Made by a program: the position numbers and the translations under genes
DNA from: the human T2T-CHM13v2.0 reference genome, Homo sapiens
Length of the DNA: 64,000 nucleotides
Reading direction: 5' to 3' (one strand)
NCBI RefSeq assembly: GCF_009914755.1
Contig: NC_060929.1
Part shown: positions 1 through 22,042 of the stretch, piece by piece
How positions within the stretch are numbered: position 1 is the stretch's first letter
Layout: each line of letters opens with the position of its first letter
Notes under the pieces: model-generated
Told to the model about the DNA's origin: nothing
The model's database searches: none
What the model saw: the letters and a program-made list of their open reading frames with translations, nothing else

Positions 1-158
1 GGTGGGAAGAGGGTGAGGATCAAAAAATTACCTAGTAGATACTATGCTACTTACCTGGGTGACAAAATAATATGTACATAAAACCCCCATGATACACAAT
101 TTATCTATAGATCCAACCTGCACATGTACCCCCAAAACTAAAAGTTAAAAAAAAAAAG
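1..158 (+). mobile_element. 3' end of an older L1 (L1PA15/L1MA-like 3' UTR) with A-tail
   Basis: L1 3' UTR motifs (aacctgcacatgtacccc...aaagtt) followed by an A-run. Confidence 0.65.
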
Positions 159-964
159 TTTTAGTGAGTGTTATAATTGAGAAAGCTTAAGAGAGGCCAG
201 ATGCCTAGAGAACAAACGTCTCATGTCTAGAGAGATGAATATATACAGCAGCTAGAAAAGCCCCTACTAAAACTGTGATGACAGTTATGGATCAACTAAG
301 ACTGAGAATCTTATCATAATCATCTCACGTTCAGTTAACCTATTACTTACTTCCTTTCTTTTTATAGAAATATAAACAAATATAAAATATAGCAAACAGC
401 TTTCTTAACAGCAAATTAATTTAATCACTCTTTCCTCTGCAAACTATTATTTTATATTTCCATAGTTTGTCTTAAATATTACTTAGACATGTTTTCTCTC
501 ATACTTAATTCACTATATGTTCTAAAGGAAACAATTTCTTAATCATTTTTGTATTATCCCAGCTGTGCATTTCCTGGGTACTAGATATTGAATAAATAAT
601 GATTGGACAAATAAAGAATGTCCACATGATTTATTCAAACTGAGCCTGCCGGTCCTCATGTAGCAGAATCCTCTGCTCCTTATTCACTGGCTGCATGAAC
701 ATCCATCCTTATAAGCAGGAATCAAAGATTAAAGTAAAGATATTCTGCATAGAATATTTTGCTTATTCTCTCATCTCCTTTTCTTATCTAAAAACTGTCT
801 ATATTTTAAAACACTGATTTTTGTATACTTGCTTTATTGGGGGGGGCATACTTCCTCATTTTACATCAATGTCCATTTTCTCAAAAAAGCACAAAGACAG
901 TTAAAAATTTTCTTTGCTACAAAGTAAAGAAAATATATTGATTTAGGTTAGTATTACATTACTA

Positions 965-1321
<357 letters not shown>

Positions 1322-2995
1322 TTATTTGCTATAAATTAGAGAAAATACATTAAGATTTAGGTTAGTATTACATTACTATATAAGAGAATACAATAGTGCT
1401 ACAAATAAGCCACTGATTTTGATGCCTTTCCCCTAAAAAAGTGGTTTTCATCAATGCAACACCTATATACAGCTAAGAATTGAGTACAACTGAAAGTACC
1501 AGAATGACAAAATTCCCATCACGAGGCAATTTATTTATGGTGACCTGCCGCATTAACACATGAAAAATTATTAATTTGCCGATAACTTCTGAATCCAAAA
1601 AAAAATCCTAAAAGAAGCTGGATATTAGCAAAACAGACTAATTTCATAAACAGTAATGATATTTCATGGAGAAGAAAAAGGAAGTGGGATTAGGGAGTAA
1701 AAATAAAAGAGGGAATGAAAAGGAGAAGGGAGAGGAAAAGAAGGGACAGGTAAAGACAAAGAATTTAACATTTATTGCACACTTTTATGTTTTAGGCACT
1801 ATGCTAAATACTTTAATTCTCACAAAACCTGTCAGCAGGAGGTAGTATTTTTAGCCTAACTTAAAGATGATGAAACTAAGGCTTAGAGAGGTTAAGTAAC
1901 TTTTTCAAGAGAAAACAGAGCTGGGGCTAGAGCTTGGTTCTGTCTGATTCCAAAATGCATGCCTTTAATCAACACATTTGACTGAGTCCACATAAGCAGT
2001 TAATGTTCAACGAAAAGTCTTAACACATAGTTCTATCCAGCTGTCCTAGAACCCAGAAGACCTAGCACTAGAATTAAAACATTTAGAGATAAATAAACAA
2101 ACGTGAGGGTCTAAAGAGGATCCAGAAGCAAAAGATCAAAGCCAAGATATTCATAAAATTCCTCAGTATAAAATGGCTAAAAAGTAATTAAGGATATGTG
2201 GTTAAAGATACCGTAAGAAATACGAAGAGGCTGACCCACAGGAAGCTAACAATATAGTAGAGAAAAAAGACAAAGTGAGGAGTTAGAAGAAGAAACTATT
2301 CAAACTTGGGAGATAGCTAGAAGGATAAGAAATGGTTTCATGCAAGACATGGAACTTGAGCTGGACCTTGAAATAGAGTATGATTGCAGAAAGCACAGAT
2401 GAGGGAGGAGCTTTTCACAGAGACAGAATAACAGAACAAAGGCATGGAGCCAAACATTAAAAAGCACCTGTTTTGGGGGAGCAGTTCAGTGTAGCTGGAG
2501 AAAGGGGTGTATGGAGGAGGAAGAGATGAGTGGACAGGCTGAGGACTGACCTGCAGGACTTGGATGTTACACAAAAGATTCTGAACTCCTTTCTTTACCT
2601 AAAATATAAGCATTGAAGTTCTCCAGGAAAGGAATAAAATGAGCAGACAGACATGTTAAAAATATAAAGAACTTCATTAAAAGGGAATTGAACAGATGAC
2701 AAAATGGAGTTTAGAAAACTACTTCAATTAGCACAGGACTGAAAAAATTCATTGCCGAGTGATGGCACAGAGAGAAGCCAGGTACTAAAGAGTAGTTTAA
2801 ATACCACCTCCCCTGTAAAGTTCCAAGCAGGGGTCCCTCCCACCTCTGCACTCCTAAATCACACTATTCATGTTATATTACAATTATTGGCTTACCTGTG
2901 TTTCTTCCCTTAAAGTTCCTTATGGTAACAACCAACCTTCATTCATTTTAATACCCCCAGTACCTAACTTGGTGAAAGAAGATATAAGCATTTGC

Positions 2996-3305
2996 AGGCC
3001 AGGTGCAGTGCTTCACACCTGTAATCCCAGTACTTTGGGAGGCCGAGGCGTGTGGACCACTTGAGGTCAGGTGTTCAAGACCAGCCTGGCCAACATGGTA
3101 AAACCTCATCTCTATTAAAAATACAAAAATTAGCCAGGCGTGGTGGCTCACGCTTGTAATTCCAGCTACTTGGGAGGCTGAGGCAGGAGAATCACTTGAA
3201 CTCAGAAGGTGGAGTTGCGGTGGTTGCAGTGAGCCGAGATTGCACCACTACACTCCAACCTGAGCAACAGAGCAAGACTCCATCTCAAAAAAAAAAAAAA
3301 AAAAA
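2996..3305 (+). mobile_element. Alu (AluS-type)
   Basis: Full Alu dimer, A-tail. Confidence 0.9.
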
Positions 3306-3436
3306 TTTGCAGAATGAAACATCTCAGATGTGTTTACTCATTAATGAGATATGACTTCAGGATGAGATTGGTTCCAAATTATACTTCATATAAGGCACCA
3401 AGTTGTGGTCATTTGGTGGCTGAAAGAGATGCCAGG

Positions 3437-5054
3437 GGAAAATTCCTCTACTTTGCCCTCTCCCTCTCCCTCTCCTTCTCCCCATGGTCTCCCTCTCCCT
3501 CTCCCTCTCCCCACAGTCTCTGTCTCCCTCTCTATCCACGGTCTCCCTCTGATGCCGAGCCGAAGCTGGACTGTACTGCCGCCATCTCTGCTCACTGCAA
3601 CCTCCCTGCCTGATGCTCCTGCCGAATGCCTGCCGAATGCCTGCGATTGCAGGCGCGTGCCGCCACGCCTGACTGGTTTTCGTATTTTTTTGGTGGAGAC
3701 GGGGTTTCGCTGTGTTGGCCGGGCTGGTCTCCAGCTCCTAACCACGAATGATCTGCCAGCCTCGGCCTCCCGAGGTGCCAGGACTGCAGATGGAGTCTCG
3801 TTCACTCAGTGCTCAATGTTGCCCAGGCTGGAGTGCAGTGGCGTGATCTCGGCTCGCTACAACCTCCACCTCCCAGCCGCCTGCCTTGGCCTCCCAAAGT
3901 GCCGAGATTGCAGCCTCTGCCCGGCCACCACCCCGTCTGGGAAGTGAGGAGCATCTCTGCCTGGCCGCCCATCGTCTGGGATGTGAGGAGCCCCTCTGCC
4001 CGGCTGCCCAGTCTGGGAAGTGAGGAGCGCCTCTTCCCGGCCGCCATCCCATCTACGAAGTGAGGAGCATCTCTGCCCGGCCGCCCATCGTCTGAGATGT
4101 GGGGAGCGCCTCTGCCCCGCCGCCCCGTCTGGGATGTGAGGAGCACCACTGCCCGGCCGCAACCCCGTCTGGGAGGTGAGGAGCGTCTCTGCCCAGCTGC
4201 CCCGTCTGAGAAGTAAGGAGCCCCTCCGCCCGGCAGCTGCCCCGTCTGAGAAGTGAGGAGCCCCTCCGCCCAGCAGCCGCCCCATCTGGGAAGTGAGGAG
4301 CATCTCCGCCCGACAGCCGCCCCGTCCGGGAGGTGGGGGGCAGCCCCCGCCCGGCCAGCCTCCCCGTCCGGGAGGTGGGGGGCGTCTCCGCTCAGCCGCC
4401 ACCCCGTCCGGGAGGTGAGGGGCGCCTCTGCCCGGCCGCCCCTTCTGGGAAGTGAGGAGCCCCTCTGCCCGGCCGCCACCCCGTCTGGGAGGTGTATCCA
4501 ACAGCTGACTGAGAACGGGCCATGATGATGATGGCGGTTTTGTCGAATACAAAAGGGGGAAATGTGGGGAAAAGATAGAGAAATCAGATTGTTGCTGTGT
4601 CTGTGTAGAAAGAAGTAGACATAGGAGACTCCATTTTGTTCTGTACTAAGAAAAATTCTTCTGCCTTGGGATGCTGTTGGGGTATGGTGTAAGATCTATG
4701 ACCTTACCCCCAACCCGGTGCTCTCTGAAACATGTGCTGTGTCCACTCAGGGTTAAATGGATTAAGGGCGGTGCAAGATGTGCTTTGTTAAACAGATGCC
4801 TGAAGACAGCATGCTCGTTAAGAGTCATCACCACTCCCTAATCTCAAGTGCCCAGGGATACAAACATTGCGGAAGGCCCCAGGGTCCTCTGCCTAGGAAA
4901 ACCAGAAACCTTTGTTCACTTGTTTGTCTGCTGACCTTCCCTCCACTGTTGTCCTGTGACCCTGCCAAATCCCCCTCTGCGAGAAACACCCAAGAATGAT
5001 CAATAAAAAAAATAAATAAAAATAAATAAATAAATAAAAGAAAAAGAAAAAAAA
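3437..5054 (+). mobile_element. SVA retrotransposon (older SVA_B/C-like), antisense in DTWD2 intron 1
   Basis: CCCTCT hexamers from 3456, Alu-like region, GC-rich VNTR (~3920-4490), SINE-R, AATAAA and A-tail; TSD AAAGAGATGCCAGG at 3423-3436 and 5055-5068. Confidence 0.95.
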
Positions 5055-5818
5055 AAAGAGATGCCAGGAAGAAGTATCTCTTAATTCCTTGTTTTTCACT
5101 TGCCACTGGGCATTATGCACATACCACTATTTCTCTTGAGAAACTCATAAAGATATCAGCTACGGTTTGGGTGCAGTCATGCATTGCCTAGAAAAAAACC
5201 CTGCCCAGAAAAATACCTTAATACTATCAAAATCCCACAATTTCTCCTAACATCTGTATTAGTTTCCTAGATGTACAGTGGGATTTGGCCGTTTATCATT
5301 CTGGCAAATTTACAAAAGTAAACCTCAAAAAATATGATAAAATGTTCAAGTTTAAAAAAGCATTGAACAGTTATCTGGTATATGTGGGTGCGCAGTGGTT
5401 GTCATAAAGGGTTATGAGGAATTTCTGTATGTTTCATTTATTTCTGTAAAGTGTGACTTTTTCTTCTGAGTATACACCTCTTTTGTGTTCAGAAAAAATA
5501 TATATTTTTAAGAAGCACTGAATATCTGTCACCTCAAAGTTACTCCAACAATCTGTGGTTTTTAGATCTTTGCAACAGAAAAGATGTTTAATATTTTCTT
5601 ATGATCATACTCAGGCAAATTAGTTGATGATATGCTATAATGCCAGTCTTATATCTTTAGTACATTACATAAGGCAAAGTAAACTATAGAAGGAAAAGTT
5701 GATAGGAATGATACCTAAGTTAATTAAACTGATAAAAGTTATCACTATCAAAATCCATCTCCTAGTATGTTGCTTTCCCTAACAGTTCTCCATAATTACA
5801 AATTAAAAGTCAATCAGA

Positions 5819-6118
<300 letters not shown>

Positions 6119-6139
6119 TCAGTAACTCAAAAAAAAAAA

Positions 6140-7420
6140 AAGTCAAATAGTAACAGAAGTATGGGTTCGCAATTCCAAAACAACTGTATGTGTAGATTAG
6201 GGTTGAACAAATAATCAAACATGTTGCAGATAAAGAGAGTCAGATTTCTTACTGTCAAAGAAATAAACTACAATTAGAGAAGGGAGGAAGACTAGAATGA
6301 ACTCTGTGGTATTGGATGAAACTCATGGTTTCTTTACATAAGTGTAGGTGTACATATAGATTTAGAAATAGATATAGGTATATGCATGGGTTAGTATATA
6401 CACAGAAATCCTAGATCTGTCCACTAATAAGATAAACATCTCAGTAGCAATAAGCACACCAAGCACCCGGATCTTGGTTTTGAATATCATTTTACAATAA
6501 ACCAGGGCTTCCTGAAAAAGTGGTTGATTCTAGGGCTGGGGCAGGGAAAATATAAGATAAGCCTGGATCATCTTACAGTGTCAGAAAGTAAGAAAGTTCT
6601 CAAAAAAGGATAAGCCTGTCAAAAGGTTCCAGGAACCAACCTGAAAGAGTTCTCAATGACCCAGGAGGGAACAATTTGAGCAATAAAAGAAATAAAAATA
6701 GTATTGGATTATAATCCAGTAATAAAATAAATATCCATAATTCCATACAGATATAAGCAAATAACTGAATAAATAAATAAATGGGGAGAAAAAGACACAG
6801 CTCTTCCATATAGAAACATTCCAATCAATAAATGTAGAAAGAATGGGGAAAATAGAAAATCACCATCAGAGCACCATAGCCATAATTGTTGCAGACAAGA
6901 TGGATACTAAAATCAGTGGGCAAAAATTTGAGCAGAAACAGTATATTTGCAAAGTCTCAAAGTAAATTCCTCCCCAAGATATTTATTAACTACAAAGGGA
7001 ACAGGAGTAACTGCATAGTAGAAAAACACAGCAGAGACTACATTAACCAAATGATCTATGTTAATTTCGCCAAGAATAATGCATATTGATATCATGTACC
7101 TCTGATATATTTGCTAAAAATATAGTATTTTTAGACTATTAATTTGTAGCTAGTCTTACCAAAAATGTATAACCTTGCTGTAATCATGAGAAATCATAAG
7201 TCAAACCCAACTTGAGAGACATTCTACAAAATAACTGACCAGTATTCTTCAAAAGTAACAAAATCGTGAAAAAAAAAAAAAGAAAAACCTAAGGAATCAT
7301 CACAAACTAGAGAGGACTAACAAGACATGACAATTAATGCAATGTGGGACGCTGAGTTAGATACTGAACCAGAAAAAAATGAACTTGAGTGGAAAAACTG
7401 GTGAATTCTGAACATAGTTA
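6140..7420 (+). mobile_element. Ancient L1M (L1MC/ME-like) 3' region, interrupted by the L1PA composite and resuming near 19082
   Basis: Diverged L1M 3' UTR-like motifs; the same family recurs at ~45180-46500. Confidence 0.55.
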
Positions 7421-7434
7421 ACAGTACTGTACCA

Positions 7435-11955
<4,521 letters not shown>

Positions 11956-12848
11956 AAGGCCTTGCTTTTGAATCTGGGTGCCCCTGTATTGGGTGCATAT
12001 ATATTTAGGATAGTTAGCTCTTCTTGTTGCTTTGATCCCTTTGCCATTATGTAATGCCCTTCTTTGTCTTTTTTTTATCTTTGTTGGTTTACAGTCTGTT
12101 TTATCAGAAACTTACAGTCTGTTTTATCAGAAACTAGGATTGCAACCCCCCTTTTTTTTTTTTTTTTTGGCTTTCCATTTGCTTGGTAAATCTTCCTCCA
12201 TTTTGAGCCTATGTGTGTCTTTGCACGTGAGATGGGTCTTCTGAATACAACACACCAATGGGTCTTGACTCTTTATCCAATTTGCCAGTCTGTGTCTTTT
12301 AATTGGGGCATTTAACCCATTTACATTGAAGGTTAACGTTGTTACGTATGAATATGATCCTGTCATTATGATGTTAGCTGGTTATTTTGCCCCTTAGTTG
12401 ATGCAGTTTCTTCATAGCGTCGATGGTCTTCACAATTTGGTATGTTTTTGCAGTGGCTGGTACTTGTTTTTCCTTTCCGTATTTAGTGCTTCCTTGAGGA
12501 GCTCTTGTAAGGCAGGCCTGGTGGTGACAAAATCTCTCAGCATTTGCTTATCTGTAAAGGATTTTATTGCTCCTTCACTTATGAAGCTTAGTTTGGCTGG
12601 AGATGAAATTCTAGGTTAAAAATTCTTTTATTCCCACTGGCTGCTCTGAAAAGCCATCTTTGCATTGTTCCTCGTCCGCCTCCTTGCTCGCGGCAGCCTC
12701 CTTGCTCGCGGCAGCCTCCTTGCTCGCCGCAGCCGCCTCCGCCACGCGCCTCCTCCGCCGCCGCGGACTCCGGCAGCTTTATCGCCAGAGTCCCTGAACT
12801 CTCGCTTTCTTTTTAATCGCCTGCATCGGATCACCGGCGTGCCCCACC

Positions 12849-13178
12849 ATGTCAGACGCAGCCGTAGACACCAGCTCCGAAATCACCACCAAGGACTTAC
12901 AGGAGAAGAAGGAAGTTGTGGAAGAGGCAGAAAATGGAAGAGACGCCCCTGCTAACGGGAATGCTAATGAGGAAAATGGGGAGCAGGAGGCTGACAATGA
13001 GGTAGATGAAGAAGAGGAAGAAGGTGGGGAGGAAGAGGAGGAGGAAGAAGGTGATGGTGAGGAAGAGGATGGAGATGAAGATGAGGAAGCTGAGACAGCT
13101 ACGGGCAAGCGGGCAGCTGAAGATGATGAGGATGACGATGTCGATACCAAGAAGCAGAAGACCGACGAGGATGACTAG
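12849..13178 (+). CDS. Intact 109-aa prothymosin-alpha-like ORF within the retrocopy (expression unknown)
   Basis: MSDAAVDTSSEITTKDLQEKKEVVEEAEN...TKKQKTDEDD*; thymosin-alpha1 N-terminus, acidic core and KKQK NLS retained; context cccaccATGt. Confidence 0.6.
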   Translation: MSDAAVDTSSEITTKDLQEKKEVVEEAENGRDAPANGNANEENGEQEADNEVDEEEEEGGEEEEEEEGDGEEEDGDEDEEAETATGKRAAEDDEDDDVDTKKQKTDEDD

Positions 13179-13638
13179 ACAGCAAAAAAGGAAAAGTTAA
13201 ACTAAAAAAAAAGGCCGCCTTGACCTATTCACCCTCCACTTCCCGTCTCAGAATCTAAACGTGGTCACCTTCGAGTAGAGAGGCCCGCCCGCCCACCGTG
13301 GACAGTGCCACCCGCAGATGACACGCGCTCTCCACCACCCAACCCAAACCATGAGAATTTGCAACAGGGGAGGAAAAAAGAACCAAAACTTCCAAGGCCC
13401 TGCTTTTTTTCTTAAAAGTACTTTAAAAAGGAAATTTGTTTGTATTTTTTATTTACATTTTATATTTTTGTACATATTGTTAGAGTCAGCCATTTTTAAT
13501 GATCTCCGATGACCAAACCAGCCTTCGGAGCGTTCTCTGTCCTACTTCTGACTTTACTTGTGGTGTGACCATGTTCATTATAATCTCAAAGGAGAAAAAA
13601 AACCTTGTAAAAAAAGCAAAAATGACAACAGAAAAACA

Positions 13639-13723
13639 ATCTTATTCCGAGCATTCCAGTAACTTTTTTGTGTATGTACTTAGCTGTACTATAAGTAGTT
13701 GGTTTGTATGAGATGGTTAAAAA
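13639..13723 (+). ncRNA. MIR1244-2: miR-1244 precursor copy in the PTMA 3' UTR (mature-like sequence 13693-13718)
   Basis: Matches the recalled miR-1244 hairpin; mature AAGTAGTTGGTTTGTATGAGATGGTT. Confidence 0.75.
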
Positions 13724-14765
13724 GGCCAAAGATAAAAGGTTTCTTTTTTTTCCTTTTTTGTCTATGAAGTTGCTGTTTATTTTTTTTGGCCTGTTTGATG
13801 TATGTGTGAAACAATGTTGTCCAACAATAAACAGGAATTTTATTTTGCTGAGTTGTTCTAACAAAAAAAAAAATTCTTTTATTTAAGAATGTTGAATATT
13901 GGCCCCCACTCTCTTCTGGCTTGTAGAGTTTCTGCTGAGAGATCTGCTGTTAGTCTGATAGGCTTCCCTTTGTGGGTAACCCAACCTTTCTCTCTGGCTG
14001 CCCTTAACATTTTTTCCTTCATTTCAACCTTGGTGAATCTGATGATTATGTGTCTTGGGGTTGCTCTTCTCAAGGAGTATCTTTGTGGTGTTCTCTGTAT
14101 TTCCTGAATTTGAATGTTGGCCTGTCTTGCTAGGTTGGGGAAGTTCTCCTGGATAATATCCTGAAGAGTGTTTTCCAACTTGGTTCCATTCTCCCCATCA
14201 CTTTCACGTACACCAATCAAACATAGGTTTGGTCTTTTCACATAGTCCCATATTTCTTGGAGGCTTTGTTCGTTCCTTTTCATTCTTTTTTCTGTAATCT
14301 TGTCTTCACGCTTTATTTCATTGAGTTTATCTTCAATTTCTGATATCCTTTCTTCCGCTTGATCGATTTGGCTACTGATACTTGTGTATGCTTCAAGAAG
14401 TTCTCATGCTGTGTATTTCAGCTCCATCAGGTAATTTATGTTATTCTCTAAACTGGTTATTCTACTTAGCAATTCGTCTAACCTTTTTTCAAGGTTCTTA
14501 GCTTCCTTACATTGGGTTAGAATATGCTCCTTTAGCTCGGAGGAATTTGATATTACCCACTTTCTGAAGCCTACTTATGTCAATACATCAAACTCATTCT
14601 CCATCCAGTTTAGTTCCCTTGGTGGTGAAGAGCTGTGATCCTTTGGAGGACAAGAGGCATTCTGGTTTTTGGGATTTTCAGCCTTTTTGTGCTGGTTTTT
14701 CCTCATCTTCATGGATTTATCTACCTTTGGTCTTTGACGCTGGTGACCTTTGGATGGGGTTTCTG

Positions 14766-19066
<4,301 letters not shown>

Positions 19067-19112
19067 AATAGTACTGTACCAATGTTCATTTCTTCATTTT
19101 GGTAACTGGACT

Positions 19113-19545
19113 TTGGAGGTAATTCTCCATGGGTCTCTTACATTTCTGTATGTTTTGTGACTGAGACAATAACCTTTTGTTCTGGACTATCTTTTCAAAG
19201 GTATCTACATGGTGAATAGCCCTGAAAGACAGATAAGGTCTCCCTCTGGAAAAAGAGCAGGTTTACTTGCAACCCATTGTAAAAAATTCAGGAACACACT
19301 AAGTTCAAGGTCCTTCAGCCAGGACGCAAACCCACTGTGTGCACAGCATCTACCAAATTATCTCTGAAATCCCTGTAGAGCTTGGAGTGGGAGGGGACAA
19401 CAAAAGAAACAACACAAACATGAAGCTCATACTCCCTGTTGTGCCTTGAGTAATAAAGTCCTTTGTCTTTGGCCCAGGAATTTCATGTCTTTTGCCAGTG
19501 TCCATGAAACTGTGACAGGCTAACTTGTCCACTTGCAATTCGCCT
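19113..19545 (+). mobile_element. ERVL solo LTR (LTR40-like)
   Basis: Start resembles the recalled LTR40 consensus (aattctccatgggtctct...ctttgttctggactatc); AATAAA near 19452. Confidence 0.55.
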
Positions 19546-20430
19546 ACCAAAAGGACTTGAATAGACATTTTTCCAAAGAAGATATGCAAATGGCCAAAAA
19601 GCACATGAGAAGATGTTCAACATTATTAGTCAGCAAAATACAAATCAAAACCACAATGAAATATCACTTCATGCCTCCTAAGATGGGCATAATAAAATGG
19701 ATAATAGTAAGTGTTGGCAGGAATGTGGAAAAAACAGAAAGCTCATACACTGCTGGTGGGAATGTAGGTGGTGCAGCTACTGTGGAAAATAGCTTGACAA
19801 TTCCTCAAAAAGTTAAACATAAAACCATATGACCCAGCTATTCCACTCCTAGACAGTAATGGCAAAAACCACAATTACTTTTGCACCAACCTAAAATATA
19901 TATTTAAAACAAAAACTGAGAGTAGGAACTAGAACAGATTATTTGTATACCAATGTTCATTGCATCATTATTGACAATAGCCAAAATGTAAAAACAACCC
20001 AAGCATTCATCAACAGATGAATGGATAATAGATCAACAAAATGTGGTTATACACATAAAATTCAGCCACAGAATTCAGTGAAATTTTCATTCATTTGCTA
20101 CAACATGGATGGACCTTGAAAACATTATACTCGGTGAAATTAGCCAGACACAGATAGACAAATATATGATTCCACTTAAATCTAGAATAAGTAAATTCAT
20201 AGAAACAAAAAGTAGAATAGAGGTTACCAGGGTCTCAGGGGAGGGAAAAATAGGAAATTACAGTGTAATGGACAGAGTTTATGTTGGGATGATGAAAAGG
20301 TTTGGGGTTTATACCATTTACATCGTGGTGATGGCTACACACATTATATATTTAATGTCACTAAACTGTACACTTAAATGATTAAAATGATAAATATTAC
20401 GTTATGCAAATGTTACCACAATTTTTGAAA
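19546..20430 (+). mobile_element. Old L1M 3' fragment (ORF2 end and 3' UTR)
   Basis: [27 protein letters not shown]2 C-terminal remnant and L1MB-like 3' UTR. Confidence 0.7.
19855..19894. mobile_element. Half MADE1 (Hsmar1 MITE) terminal inverted repeat
   Basis: gtaatggcaaaaaccacaattacttttgcaccaacctaa is the reverse complement of the Hsmar1/MADE1 TIR. Confidence 0.75.
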
Positions 20431-21618
20431 AAAGAATTAGACTGCCAAATAACTTGTCTACATAAACAGATCAGAGACATTTCTATCAGGTCAATTTCTC
20501 TACCCTTTGCAAGGTCAACAGGCTCAATACATACCTTTTCAACTAGGTTTCCAATAGTGAAAAATGAAAAACAAGCAAACAAACAATAAACTCAGCAGAA
20601 AAAAAAAAATCCAACCCCTCCCTCTCTCTAAGAGATGGGGTCTTACTCTGTCACCCAGGCAAGAGCACAGTGGCACCTTCTTACCTTACTACAGCCTCGA
20701 ACTCCTGGGCTCAAGTGATCCTCCCACCTCAGCCTCCCCGAATCTGCCTTTCTAACATAAAAGTGAAAAGCCAGCAATAGAAATGAGAATCTCATCACAG
20801 ACAGACAAAGAATTCAGGAGATACAGGCTTGACTTTAAGAAATACAATAATTTAAAAATTGCTTACCTCAAAATAATTAAAAATACCCATGGCCAAAGGT
20901 AAAGGAAAAGAATCTTTAGATTAGAAGAAGGCAGAGAAACACCTCATGTAAATACTTACTACATGCAAGAAAAACAAATGCAGTCATACTGTTCATTATT
21001 ATGTGGTGTAGCAATAATTCATTATTATGTGGTGTAGCAATAAAAATATGAAAGCTAAAGCAGCTCTGCCTCTTATTAGTCATCTGACCTAAAGAGTCTA
21101 TAAAAGAGAATAACACTATTTAAATAGTAAGGTTGTCTCATGTATTAAACAAAAATGTAAAAGTACTTTGTAGCCTGTGAACTCTTTTTAAGTGATACCA
21201 AATTTTAGGCTAGACTATTTCTGAATATATTATCTGACTACATAAGCACTAATAGAAACTATGAATTATTAATTTTGGGAAAATGAACTCAAGGAATTAA
21301 TGTGCTTTTACAGTCTTTGAAGAAAACTTCTACCTATCGGAGGGTAAAAATATAATTCCTATTTTTCCTAGGGAAAATAAATCAAACACTTAGAAAGCTC
21401 TAATGTGGTTTTTAAAACTGGCCATTCCTCTTTGAAGACTTAATTAAGGTTATGAAAAAATTCCCTCTTGACATATATCATTGCTTAACTTTGGACATAC
21501 AATTAGCCTGCACAATGATTTGTAAATCAGTTAGCTTTCCACATATATTATGAATAAACTATTTCAAAGAATAAACATATTTTCTATACTAACAGGAAAG
21601 AACAAACTAATATAATAA

Positions 21619-22042
<424 letters not shown>

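Larger units (their letters stand above)
12633..13868 (+). pseudogene. PTMAP2: Full-length processed prothymosin-alpha retrocopy (probably PTMAP2)
   Basis: Intronless 5' UTR, CDS and 3' UTR; AATAAA near 13825 and a short A-tail; 15-bp TSD AAAAATTCTTTTATT at 12618-12632 and 13869-13883. Confidence 0.93.
11956..14765 (-). mobile_element. Inverted 5' segment of a second, younger L1 'B' (ORF1 and start of ORF2), interrupted by the PTMA retrocopy
   Basis: Minus-strand ORF1 (MKRNEQSLQEIWDYVKRPNL...; 13879-14283) and ORF2 start (MTGSYSYVTTLTFNVNGLNAPIKRHRLANW; 12127-12366). Confidence 0.85.

Noticed and set aside
3920-4490. Regularly spaced repeats superficially like a CRISPR array (also ~37970-38270)
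   Set aside because: SVA VNTR: degenerate tandem units with no unique spacers, in a eukaryotic context with no cas genes.
3386-4552. Several 139-231 aa ORFs on both strands
   Set aside because: They are translations of the GC-rich SVA Alu-like and VNTR regions; open frames are expected from low stop-codon density.
12628-13200. Alternative-frame and antisense ORFs over the PTMA copy (Ser-rich 123 aa, Arg-rich)
   Set aside because: Shadow frames of the low-complexity acidic CDS and the GC-rich UTR.
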